From NCBI RefSeq assembly GCF_046119375.1, contig NW_027362772.1, positions 252,712,001 through 252,776,000 on the forward strand: a DNA stretch of 64,000 nucleotides, written 5' to 3'. Of this stretch, positions 22,770 to 35,112 are shown piece by piece. The stretch is from Phyllobates terribilis (Eukaryota). The first letter of the stretch is position 1; the number at the start of each line of letters is the position of its first letter. The notes below the pieces were generated by a model. That model searched no databases. It had not been told where the DNA came from and saw only the letters and a list, made by a program, of their open reading frames with translations. Position numbers and translations under genes: made by a program.

Positions 22770-25258
22770 TCTACCTGTCTGCTCCTGTACAGGGCCCTGC
22801 CTGACTCATTTCATCTACTGCCATCTACATCAATATAGCTTTGTGGTTTTATAACATTTTTAGCTGGTTTCTAGCAGAGCTAACTCTCCTGCACCCCTCC
22901 ACAACGGAGCTTGTAAGAAATAGGCAGTGTAGAGCAGAGCTGTGTTTGCTGCCTGTTGTTGACAGATCAGTGATTTGAAACTATAAATACTACTTTGTTG
23001 AAGCGTATGGTAGAAGTTAATCGTCTGCCATATGCATCAATGAAGTACCATTTGCAGTTTCACATTACTGATGTGTCATTTGCAGGCAACAAACACAGCT
23101 CAACTCTGCCTATTTATTACAAGCTCCATTCTGGAGGAGTGCAGGAGAGTCGAGCTCTGTTCGAAACCAGCTACCAATGATATAAAACCACACAGGCTGT
23201 TATTCTGATGTAGATGGTGTTATGATCTGCTACAGAGACTAAGGAAAGGCAGGAGATCTGTCCCTACAATAGAACTAAACTAGATCCCTACGATGTAACG
23301 GGAAACCTGATCCTGCGATCAGACCCGCTAAAGTCCTCGGCTAGTCTGAACGCAGACCTATAGATGTAGGGGAGGGATCCCTACAAGATCTAGGGACTGG
23401 GACAAGTTGGACACCTCCTAGCAGAAATAGTAGCAGTCAAAGACAAACACACAACAGAAAGCATAGAGGTCCGAAGACCTAGCAAAACTAACAGAGAACG
23501 GCAATAGAGCAACAAGCTAGCTCAACAGTAGTAAATACAAATGAAGTCCAGCAAAGCCAGGAGGGCGGAGCCGGATTAAATAGGCAAAATGGTCATGTGA
23601 CCAGCAAACTAAAAAAAAACTAACAGGAGAGTTGTAACAGTACCCCCTCTTCTAAGAGGATCCCTACAAGATCTAGGGACTGGGACAAGTTGGACACCTC
23701 CTAGCAGAAATAGTAGCAGTCAAAGACAAACACACAACAAAAAGCATAGAGGTCCGAAGACCTAGCAAAACTAACAGAGAACGGCAATAGAGCAACAAGC
23801 TAGCTCAACAGTAGTAAATACAAATGAAGTCCAGCAAAGCCAGGAGGGCAGAGCCGGATTAAATAGGCAAAATGGTCATGTGACCAGCAAACTAAAAAAA
23901 CCTAACAGGAGAGTTGTAACAGTATAAATCAAAATGTCATCCAAATACACCACCACATCTTTGCCGATTAAAGGTCTAAGGATATCATTAATAAGATTCT
24001 GAAAAAATGCTGGAGCATTGGTGAGACCAAAAGGCATAACCAGATTCTCAAAATGACCCACAGGAGTGTTAAAAGCAGTCTTCCATTCATCACCCTCCTT
24101 CATGCGCAATAAATTGTATGCCCCCCGGAGATCAATTTATTGCGCATGAAGGAGGGTGATGAATGGAAGACTGCTTTTAACACTCCTGTGGGTCATTTTG
24201 AGAATCTGGTTATGCCTTTTGGTCTCACCAATGCTCCAGCATTTTTTCAGAATCTTATTAATGATATCCTTAGACCTTTAATCGGCAAAGATGTGGTGGT
24301 GTATTTGGATGACATTTTGATTTATACTGTTACAACTCTCCTGTTAGGTTTTTTTTAGTTTGCTGGTCACATGACCATTTTGCCTATTTAATCCGGCTCC
24401 GCCCTCCTGGCTTTGCTGGACTTCATTTGTATTTACTACTGTTGAGCTAGCTTGTTGCTCTATTGCCGTTCTCTGTTAGTTTTGCTAGGTCTTCGGACCT
24501 CTATGCTTTTTGTTGTGTGTTTGTCTTTGACTGCTACTATTTCTGCTAGGAGGTGTCCAACTTGTCCCAGTCCCTAGATCTTGTAGGGATCCTCTTAGAA
24601 GAGGGGGTACTGTTACAACTCTCCTGTTAGTTTTTTTTTAGTTTGCTGGTCACATGACCATTTTGCCTATTTAATCTGGCTATCATCCTGAGTCTAATGG
24701 CCAGACAGAAAGGAAGAACAGTGTTGAGAAGTTCTTGCGTTGTTTTGTGGCAGACAATCAAGAGGGGCTGGACTTACTGTTATGATCTGCTACAGAGACT
24801 AAGGAAAGGCAGGAGATCTGTCCCTACAATAGAACTAAACTAGATCCCTACGATGTAACGGGGAACCTGATCCTGCGATCAGACCCGCTAAAGTCCTCGG
24901 CTAGTCTGAACGCAGACCTATAGATGTGGGGGAGGGATCCCTACACGATCTAGGGACTGGAACAAGTTGGACACCTCCCAGCAGAAATAGTAGCAGTCAA
25001 AGACAAACACACAACAAAAAGCATAGAGGTCCGAAGACCTAGCAAAACTAACAGAGAACGGCAATAGAGCAACAAGCTAGCTCAACAGTAGTAAATACAA
25101 ATGAAGTCCAGCAAAGCCAGGAGGGCGGAGCCGGATTAAATAGGCAAAATGGTCATGTGACCAGCAAACTAAAAAAAAACTAACAGGAGAGTTGTAACAG
25201 ATGGGAGAAGATAAAATCGGTCAGACGGGGTCCTGTGCAAGAGCAGAGAGTAGAAAGA
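22770..25258. mobile_element. Fold-back (palindromic) MITE-like element interrupted by the LTR element at 23218-25199
   Basis: 22811-22960 is the diverged reverse complement of 23082-23217, and 22770-22815 matches 25200-25258 after the insertion. Confidence 0.75.
23218..25199 (-). mobile_element. Non-autonomous chromovirus derivative with internal inverted duplication
   Basis: TG...CA ends; TSD GATGG (23213-17, 25200-04); 422-bp LTRs 24778-25199 (5') and 23218-23639 (3'); PBS 24765-77; PPT 23640-57; inverted arms 23570-24116 and 24133-24680. Confidence 0.93.
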
Positions 25259-26671
25259 GTGATAAAGTGAATTCTACACTTAGATTAGCTTGATGATAAA
25301 TCAGAGAGGCGGGAATAATTAGACAAATATATAAGAGGGAGGGTACTGCAGCACTGAAGAGAAGCAAGGTGCTGCTAGGAAATGTCGCTTTAGTAGTGTA
25401 AGAATTGGACTGCCCATTCTGCTATGTGACGCTGGATGCACAGAGGGGCAGATGGAGATGAAAAAAGATGCAAAGGTACAAGAAAGAAACTGGGGGCTTA
25501 GTCTGTATATTAACAATAAGTATGCAATTACTCTGCTCTGTGAAAAATAACGCGATTGTGGGAATAACCCTTTAAATTTAATTGTGTTCCATGTCATTAG
25601 TTCAACCTGAGTGTTGGTCTCAGACCATAAAAATTGTCAATTCCTGACATAGATGTAGGTGCAGTCTATATAGATTATAACTACAACTGTGAGAGGGTGG
25701 TCAGATCTCCAGCTTTATATTCATATCAGTGGTCACCTTGAAGGTGCTGTCCTTGGTGAACAATCCCTTTTTGTTAGATTGGTCCTTTAACTATAAACTG
25801 AACTTATGGTATATGTTTGCTTAGATCACCTGGGATCTGCGAAAGAGCCAGGCAACAAGTGGTAAGTTCTCCCACAGCACCTCCACAGGAGAGAAAGAGT
25901 ACTGCACAGAATTCATCAAAATTAATCTTTATAATAATTAGCTATTTGACACACAAAGGACAAATTTTAACTAATTGAATCTTGTGGTTTAGCCTAAATA
26001 TATGTAGTATTAGCTAAAAATTCAGTTCCTTCCTTATCTGGAAAATTCTTTAAGTGGGCTAAGGCTTGTTAGCACCAAACATGGTAAGGAGTGCTCAGTA
26101 TACCAATGTCTCATTACATTCTGAGGATGGACGAAAACCACAAAGGGTAATTAGTGAGTACACAAAACAATTATATTTCGTCAGGACGAATCTGAGCATT
26201 ATATCTGATCCTGCTTCAATGATTCTTTGTAATTTTTTTTTTTTATTACACCCCTGGCAGATTCTGTTTTATGTTATAATAATACCTAAGCTTCCAGACA
26301 GACAGACTAGATCTGTGGGTAATAATCATTATTATGTTATGTTTTTTAATATCAGAGAGAATAGAGAACCTAATCTTGGAATTATATTTTACTCCAAGGG
26401 GAACGCCTGGGAGAGCAAGAAGGAAATTAGTATGTAGGTGATATAATCATTGCAACACAAGATATCACAGTCAGTGGTGTAGTTCAAATATATAGGACCC
26501 CGAGGTGTCTTTTAACTATGGCTACCGCAGCTTGAGAAACAAACCTTGTCAAGAATCTTTATTATATATACTCAAGTCTCTGTACCTGGGTGCAGAATTT
26601 TTCCAATATTACTAGGGAGAAGAGTTATATGGTCTTTAAAAAGATCCTTAGATGATCTCCCATTCATTATC

Positions 26672-27270
26672 CACTACATGGCCAAAAGTTTGAGGAGCCC
26701 ACAACCTTATTAGTTAATTTGCCAGTTTAGCCCCAACCAAGTGCATAAAATCAGCATACGGTTCCTCAATCCTTTGGTTCTCAGAGGAGATAAGAAGCCT
26801 GACGATGTCTTTATCCTTTCCTTATTGAAATCACGAAGACGCTCAGCCAAGCCAAATGCTCATGTGCATTGTTGAGTCGGAAGAGATAGCGTTTGGCCAA
26901 ACCTGAATTTGCCTAACAGTTATCTAAAGTATATGGACATTTTATCGAATTATACATTAAAGTGGAAGCATTCATAAGTAACAACCCAGAAGCAGTTACG
27001 AAAACAAGATACACATGGCAAGTTAGGGTTATCTATCTATGGCTACGTCCACCACTACATAGTTCCAAGGTATGAATTGTCAGCAAAGGAATTGTTGGTC
27101 AGGAGCCCTCAGGATTATTTTGCCTAAGTAGATACATGCCAGCTCAATGTCATGGCTTGGCTTGGCTGGAGAGGTGTGAATCATTGGAGGGGAAAAACTA
27201 AACTCAAAACAGGAGAAGATCAACCTCATTCATGGATCTCCAGCTATAGTGATGGAGCTACATAGGGAAG
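26672..27270 (+). mobile_element. Possible highly decayed Tc1 remnant
   Basis: CACTACATGGCCAAAAGTTTG TIR-like start; GGCTGGAGAGGTGTGAA..CATTGGA resembles the W-LEW-K..HW transposase segment. Confidence 0.3.
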
Positions 27271-27954
27271 GGTAAAGGTTGTTGTGTTCCTGATCATACA
27301 TGTAGATCTTAGTGATGTGTAATAAGATGAGCTCAAAGTTCCCAAGTAGCAGGATGAGACTGAAGTATCTTGGACCCTCCAGAGAACATTATTCTGAGGA
27401 CCAATCTCCAACTATGTAGAGAAAACACATCTGATTCATTGTAAACTTTTGTAAAGTATCTTGCCCAGCCAACCAATACCCTGCTCTGTACAGATGAGGG
27501 GCAAGAACCCCAAAATACTGCAGTCTACAGATGACTTTTACTGAAGTAACCCCCAAAAGCATTAAATTTTAGGAGCCAGTGATCAGCAAATCCTCTTCTA
27601 TCCTCTGCTGATCCTTATAGGTCTTGTTGTGACTGTGCCTTCTTAATATATAGTCCAATAGGGAGTCTACTGGCCATTTGGTGGTCTGGAAGTAGCCTTT
27701 TGATTTTAAATAAACCAGATAGACATGGATTAACAAGACAGTTATTATCAAGTCATTCTTCTAAAATAACAGAGAATGAGAACGACCTGAAAATAACTGT
27801 CCATCGTTTTAGCTTTTATATAACATTTCTGTTTTCTTCACAATTTGTGAATATAGGGAAGGAAGTGGATCTAGTGGGAAGTGGCAATTACCAACAGATC
27901 TGCAGCATGGGCTCTACTAAAACATGAAAGATTACACAAGAGGTCCATATTTAA

Positions 27955-28460
27955 AGAGGACCTGTCACTTGCTCAAAAAAATGGAGTCAAACACCTTGTA
28001 AAAATCTTTAAGCTCCCCTGAATCTGACATTCTTTTCCATTTTGCGCTGTGCTAATCCATTGAAGAGATATTCACATTTGTTCGTTTTAGAGCGCAGTAT
28101 GTGAAATCTCTGCTTGCAGTTCAACTGGGTGTATTTTCAGATTGTTCTCTCGGGGCGTGCTCTTTCACCTCTCTCTCCCAGACACTGCCAATCACAGCTC
28201 AGCAGTTGATCTAGTAGTCTATCAGTTGCTGAGTTGTGGTTGGCAGTGTTTGGTAGCGAGGGGTAAAAGCACACCCCAGAGAAAACTCTGAAGAAACACC
28301 GAGTTGCACTGCAAGCAGAGATTTCAGATACTGCGCTCCAGAAGGAACAAATGTGAATATCTCTGCAATGGAGCAACGCAGCACAAAATGGACAAGAATG
28401 TCAAAATCAGGGGAGCTCAGAGATTTTTATAAGGTATTTAGCTCAATTTGTGGGGGCAAG
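27955..28460. mobile_element. T2/Kolobok-like palindromic MITE, right end eroded
   Basis: TTAA then AGAGGACCTGTCAC; arms 27982-28205 and 28222-28445 are reverse complements. Confidence 0.7.
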
Positions 28461-29633
28461 TTTAGCAAATATTGTGCTTTCCAATCAAATAAATACTGAC
28501 TCTTGCATCACTTTGATCACAGACAAACTCAATTCTCATAAAGGCGTTATCCATGTTAGAGAAACAGGGAAGCATTTTAGTACTTTAGCTGTCTGTGAGC
28601 TGTGTGCAGTATTAGTTTAGCAATATTGAAATGTATGGGGGAGAGCTGCAATACCACCCACAACTTGTAGACATGTGTGGCACTGTTTATGAATTAATGG
28701 TTTTCTAATTCTAGCAACCTCTTTAATTACTTTTTTTGTACAGTCATTGAGTAAGGAGGGAACAGAATAAATCACTAATCCATAGGCATTCCAAGGTACA
28801 AGGTCACTGACTTGTGGTCCTAACCTACCCAATAGTTATAAATTACTTTCAGACCCAATGGAAGCATCTACTCAAATAATACAACAAATTAGGATATTTT
28901 TTCTATTCTAAAATGTTCTTCTGACAGTTTTTGGAATCGCAGATACTGAGGACCATGCTTATTCCCTTATGAGATGCCATAAGTGTCTGCAGCTATAAAA
29001 CTATACATCACTTTAATTACAACTAAGAATGAAAGGCTTTTGGCCAGCACCCTAAGTATGCAACATGTTAATAATGGAATTATAATTTGCCACACATGAC
29101 AGAACAAGCTTTAATGTATCACCAGCCGAGGTGATCATGTGCCGTACATTGCAGACGTCACCGCTTCAGTCAGTCATTGGCTGCAGGTGGGAGGTGAATG
29201 ATGGCTGGGATGTCATGTCACTCTGGACCGGTGGGGACCACCAAAGGGTGCTTCACCAGAGAATTTCAACGAGATATTTCCTAATTTTATACCATTCTCA
29301 AATATTTGGACACATTTTGCAATATCTCATTAAACCCCTTTGTAGGAAAAACATTGCTTTTTTTTAAACCCATTAATGGTGTTTTCTGCCACCCTTGCCC
29401 CAGCACCCTTGCTGATGGCATTACTCCATTTTACAATAAATACAATGATCACAAGGGTTTCCTGTATAAATACAAGTGTACATGGGATCGCCGTTGAATA
29501 TTGATGCAAATTTTTAATAAAAAATCTCATATATTTATCTATGAATTATGGACGGGCTTACATACATGCTTGGCACAGAAGCACATTTCAACCTCATAAG
29601 TACAGAATAACATGTGCGATGCCTTTGTCACAC

Positions 29634-29960
29634 CCCTTGATAAAGCCACAACTGAATATGCGAAACGCGCATCAGGTCTACGATTATCCATCCTGCCTGC
29701 CAGTCTGAGCCCACTGCCACCCTGGTAAGATCAACCTTCCCTAGTCATACACTATTGGTGACTACTAAGTCTAAATACGTTTTCTGCACTTGACAGTATA
29801 TTCACTACACCGAGCTTTGTTTTTTTTCTTACCTAAATAGCACTTGCTATGTATTATATATACAATTATGTGTGATTTTGATGTCTTATGGCTGACAAGT
29901 CATTTATCTGTCTTTATACATAATATTTTTAATTATTGACTAATAAACATTGTGACTTTT
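29634..29960 (+). mobile_element. Penelope-like terminal fragment with degenerate hammerhead-like motif
   Basis: CCTTGATAAAG...CGAAACGCG followed by T-rich tract and AATAAA. Confidence 0.4.
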
Positions 29961-31222
29961 TATACCTTCAAACTCTGCTTCCTCCTGTTTATCACATATT
30001 CACAAAAGTGAAGTCCCATCATTTTTCCTACCGACTCCTGCAGAAGTAAAACTCTCAGCATCCTTGCCAAGATCTAATCTTGTAGGAATGTTGATGGCTG
30101 ATTCTCACACTATTGGAGCACAACTCCCACCCTCCTGTATTTATTACTAGTTTACTATGGACTTATGCAGTTATTCACAGGTGTCCTATTACTTCTGGAC
30201 TATAATGCCACCCCACAGGTTATGTTCTCCTCTCTACCTGAAGAACTGCACTGTTGCCTTATTGTGTGTGAATGGGCCACTTACCTGCTTGTGGGATATT
30301 CTGTCCTAGGGCAGGAGACAGCAGTGAGTGCAGGTAGAAGAGCAGCAAGACAAACATATCAAAGTGCAGGTGGCTGAAACTTGCTGCTACCAAAACTTCT
30401 TCTCCAGGTCAGGCATAGTCTCCTTCAGCAGGGGGTCATCACAGCTTCTTTCTTCTTCTAAGGATCTCAACTTCAGGGGTATCTTATGGGTCAAGTTTAA
30501 TTCATGCCTGACACCCTTGTAGTTTTGTAGTGCCTGAAGAACTCTTGCTGCACCCACTTGTAAAGTTTTCTCCAGTGGCTCCAGCTTTAACCATGTGAGG
30601 ACAGGAATGCAAGGTCTCCTTGTGTGGAGTTCAGGGGGGGGCAGGTTGCTGCAACTCACAAAGACAAGCAATGAAGTCATCCAAAGCTTCTTGTGCCACA
30701 CATGGAAGGAAAAGCAAAAGTTTGATTTTTCAGTTTCTTCACACACCCTCTGTGGACTCAGACACCAGGGAGAGCAGGGATTCTGCAGGGTCCTATAGCC
30801 GGTGCTGTAACTGGATTCATCTGCTGTGACAGCAACAGCTGGATACACATGTATCAGCAGACTTGGAGAAACTATGGACACAAAGAGAAGTGTTGCAGAA
30901 CTGTGTTTGCTGTAGCCTGGAGCTCTCTGCTGTCACCATATAGGAAACAACAAGTGTCTTTTTTTTGGCCATGTTCTGCTATTCAGATAGGAAAAATATT
31001 ACAGTGACCTCTAAGTCAAGTGATTTAAAGGGATTCTCCATGTTTATTACGTGCTTCTTTCAATTTATTTCTCATGCTTTTTCTTATTATTTTGGGATAT
31101 TCCACAATAATATTTACACAAAAGTCAGTAAATATTTATGTAAACATCCTTTACTGATGTCAGGACCTGACCACTATGCAAAAATCTATTCCTGTACAAG
31201 CGGGCGTCACTGTCACTCTTTA

Positions 31223-31692
31223 GGGTATAGTCACACAGAGGTTTTTTGGAATCTAAAAATATCTTATAAAAACACTTGTAAAAAAATAGGTATTTTTGGC
31301 TAAGGTTCTGCAGCAAAAATTTCATGCCCCAAAAAAAAGCATAAAAATTTGTGATTGGAAAGCTTGATGAATGGAAAGCTTATTGCAAGGCTATGTTCCC
31401 ACGATGAGCTCTTTCATATTGCAGATTCTCTGCATTATTTCACCAAAAACTCATTGGGAGCGCACAGCCTTAGGCCACAGCCCCACTATCAGTATTCGGC
31501 CAGTATTTTTTCTCAGGAGTGGGAGCCAAAACAAGGAGTGGGTGATAAATGCAGAATTGGTGACTTGTTTCTATTATACCTTTTCTCTGATTGTTCCTCA
31601 CCTGGTTTTGGCTCCCACTCCTGAGAAAAAATATTGACCGAATACTGACCAAATACTGATAGTGGGGCCGTGGCCTTAGTGTGAACATACCC
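31223..31692. mobile_element. PIF/Harbinger-type MITE (outer)
   Basis: GGGTATAGTCACAC / GTGTGAACATACCC termini, TTA on both sides (31220-22, 31693-95). Confidence 0.7.
31473..31675. mobile_element. PIF/Harbinger-type MITE (inner, younger)
   Basis: ~60-bp TIRs GGCCACAGCCCCACTATCAGTATT / AATACTGATAGTGGGGCCGTGGCC; TTA TSD 31470-72 and 31676-78. Confidence 0.85.
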
Positions 31693-34600
31693 TTAAAAAA
31701 GTTGTTCTTGAGCAGCAGCAGGATGTTGTACCATTTTGTGTCCATTTTGCTGCAAACGATCATTCTCTTCAAAAACCAAGGTTCTGCAGCAGCTGTGTTG
31801 TGTATTAAAAACAATATAAAGCTATAAAAGTGTGCCTACACTGAAGCTTTATGATTTTATATTGGTACGGACCTCAATTACTTACATTTACACAATAAGG
31901 GACGGTATCCTGTGTATTATTATAAAAATTCTGATTACCGTATTTTCAGTTTTGACATTTCCGCTACCCAGATTTATGAGCTCATATTTTCCGACTGTTA
32001 TTCATCAACGTTGGCTGTGAGAAAAGTCAAACTTCCAGTAACTTGTTAATCAAGATCACAGTCACGGTCATGTACCTTTAAACCTTGGAGAATGACATAG
32101 ATCTAAAATAGTTGCCTATACCTAGCCTATAACGCTGAGTACAGACATCCCCTTTAAGTGAGGGTACTAGAGTGAAAAGACGGCTTGTGGAAAAAAATCC
32201 ATCAAGCAGTATTCCATAGATTTTAGATATGGAAGTTGTGTAGTAGGGTGGGACTGATTCTCCAATGTGCTAATGGATCTTCTGGTGGATCTGATGGATT
32301 TGTCCCTAGGTTCCAAGATAGTGGTTGGCAAAGTACCTGTTCAGCAGACAGTTGTTTCTCCTGACTGTACCATACACATGTACTCTCAGCTCAGCTGAGC
32401 ACACATGTGTTTTCAATATATCAAGCAGAATAAGCTGGACCTGACACCTTCAAGAACGAAAGAATTTAATTCAACATGCCAAATCCTTTTCTACCCTGAC
32501 ATCATCTGTCTGAGTAGAGCCAAGAGACCCCTTTATACATAATGGATGTTTGGTAGGTCTCACCATTCCCCAATAAAAACTCGTATTTCCTAGATATCAT
32601 ATACCATAAACCATACTGTATCTTGTCTTTAGCTGTTAAAATCCTCAAACTTTCTCACTATTTAAAAGCCTGGGCCAGAGTGAGCCTCATTTACAGAAAA
32701 ATAATATCCAATATTTTTCCCCCAAAAGTGCAATTATTGTCCTCTGTTCATTTGTGGTGTACCATAGGTACACATGGGTTATTATCTCCTTAGACAAACC
32801 TCATAAAGTGACATCCCTCCTTATTTACAGCCACCCCAAGTCAGCAAATCCTGCAGAGTTTTTGGTTAATCCTACACATATTAGGAGACAAAGTGTCCGG
32901 AAAACTTTTGTAAGTGATATGAAAGTTTTCCTTACCTGCGGCAGCGCGGCTCGGTAATCCTGTGATTTGTACTGACATTAAAGCTGCAGAGTACAAAGAA
33001 CTTTTATAAGCTTAAATGTCAGATATTCCATATTAAAGGAACCTTTATTATATGCCATACCCCCTCCCTTACTCAATTACAGAGGCGAAACTTGCAGCTC
33101 CTCAGCCTAGATCTGTAACAGGGCCCCTACCATGTACCATTTATAAATCTGGTATATTCCTATTTGTTATACAAAAATCCATTAAGTAATGCATTTTGGG
33201 GTTGACACCCTTTCTTCAGATCTTCTGCCAAAATAGTGGAGGCCTACAAAGCTGAGTATGCTGCTATGGAGGCTGGACAGATGGGAGAAAAGCTTCTGGC
33301 ATGTACTGATGATATATTATCAGAACTTCCAAGGGGGGTTCTTCTGGAAGAATAACTCAACTTTGGTAATTTTTTCAATATTTTTTAAGACTTTAATTCT
33401 CTGCACATCATTGAGAGTTTGTGTCCTAAGACCCCCACTGATTGCTCAAAAGGCAGCTCAGAAGGGCTTAGGTTCAGTAAGTAGAAGCGCTAGGTACGGA
33501 TTCAACAGAAAGTCCATTGAGGTTAGTTGTCCTACTTGGTCCATACTCACTCTGTGTCTGCTCCCAGGCAGGAGGCGTGTGCTTCTGAATGCACTTTAGA
33601 ACGATTGGTGGGGTACTCAGTACCGGGACCTCCACGGCAGGGAATTTAAGGGCATAAAAAATATTTAAAAAAAGTTTTAATTTACATTTGAAGAGAATCT
33701 CATTAGTAAAGGGATTTAAAATAAAGGTTTCTATGGTTTCATGTCCCATGACTAGGGAATTCTTCAGTATTGTATTTGCATTATATTGTTGCTGTTACAC
33801 GGCTATGGAATCAGTTTGCTTTTAGAGGTTTGTCCTGTCTTTCTCCCTGTAGCCCAACTCTGATGTCACTAATCCCTCCCTTCTTCCTCCTGTGTTTGTC
33901 ACCCATCTGAGGATCATCTTTATACATTTCTGGTTCAGAATTGTCTTTTTACCTGCTGCAAATGTGTATAATATAAGAATTCAGTTGAAAATAAATCTTT
34001 TTTTAGAATCTTCATACGTGCCTCTGCAGTCGAGTTAAGCTATCTGATAAAATCAGTTAGTGTGAGTACTGGTCCATATAGACATCCATAGGAATGGTGT
34101 CTCAAGAGCGCCACACTTGCTGCCTAGTTATGGAGTCAGAATATGCTGTAGCTGCAAACTTGCCAAGAATCACAATTTTGCCTGGATAATCCCGAGAACC
34201 GCAGCTCTAAATGGACATGGTCTATGCCCCTCCCCCCCCCAAAAAAAGTGCAAATTTCGGGTGTTACTTTGTATTTTTTGCTTACTGAAATGTTGGTAAA
34301 GATATCTATTAACGCTCATCCGGATCAACTTGAATACGACTCAAATGCAATACCTGACATAGCAGTAAAACAAGAAAAAAGGAAAATCCATAAAAACATC
34401 CTTTATGATAAGATAACACTTCCAGATCACCCTTGTAAAAGTCGGCCATAAATCTGATAATGAATGAGATATATGGTACTAGTTGAATGGTTGAGTGTTT
34501 AGTGAGAATACCCATTCAACAGGCAGAAGGCCAAATGTGTCCTTTTGGCCTCCATCTGGCCGGTACGCATCTGCAGATCGTTTGTTTTATTGAATGGGAA

Positions 34601-34803
34601 ATGGCAGCAGACTGTGTTTTCCTATATGGAGAGCCACTGCAAAAAATCAAATACCATGTGGTACTGTATATATTTTGATACAATGGTTCCTTATGGTGCA
34701 TGGATGACAAGGCATCCCTTCTCAACGAAGCCACTATCAGTCCTATACCTCCGGAGTGTAAGCGCCCAACAGTGGTCATAAACGCAGTGCGTCTCTAGCC
34801 TTA

Positions 34804-35112
34804 CAGCCCCCATACATATTAGATGGCTGTCGTGTGAATGATGCTTCTGCCGGCTGCCATCTCGGCCATTTCTCCCATACACAGGAGTCCTTGTTTGGTC
34901 GAGTGCTCCATATTTTCTATGAGAAAGCCACCGACTAACATCTTTGCCGGCAGCCTATCTATGGGGGGAGCAAAGTGATCTACAGTCCGAAATGCCCAAT
35001 CGACATGTCCCCGATCATCACTTGCCTTGGGCCCCCAAACACATTAGACTATCGGCCAAACCCATCAATATTGTCGAATGCGGCCGATATTAGTCTAATA
35101 TGTGTGGGGGGC
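34804..35112. mobile_element. Harbinger-type MITE, same family as 52462-52743
   Basis: TTA flanks; CCCCCATACATATTAGA / TCTAATATGTGTGGGGG ends; internal hairpin 35040-35105. Confidence 0.55.

Noticed and set aside
34286-34356. Possible small exon with AG/GT-like borders
   Set aside because: All three minus-strand frames contain stops; the plus-strand peptide is unrecognised
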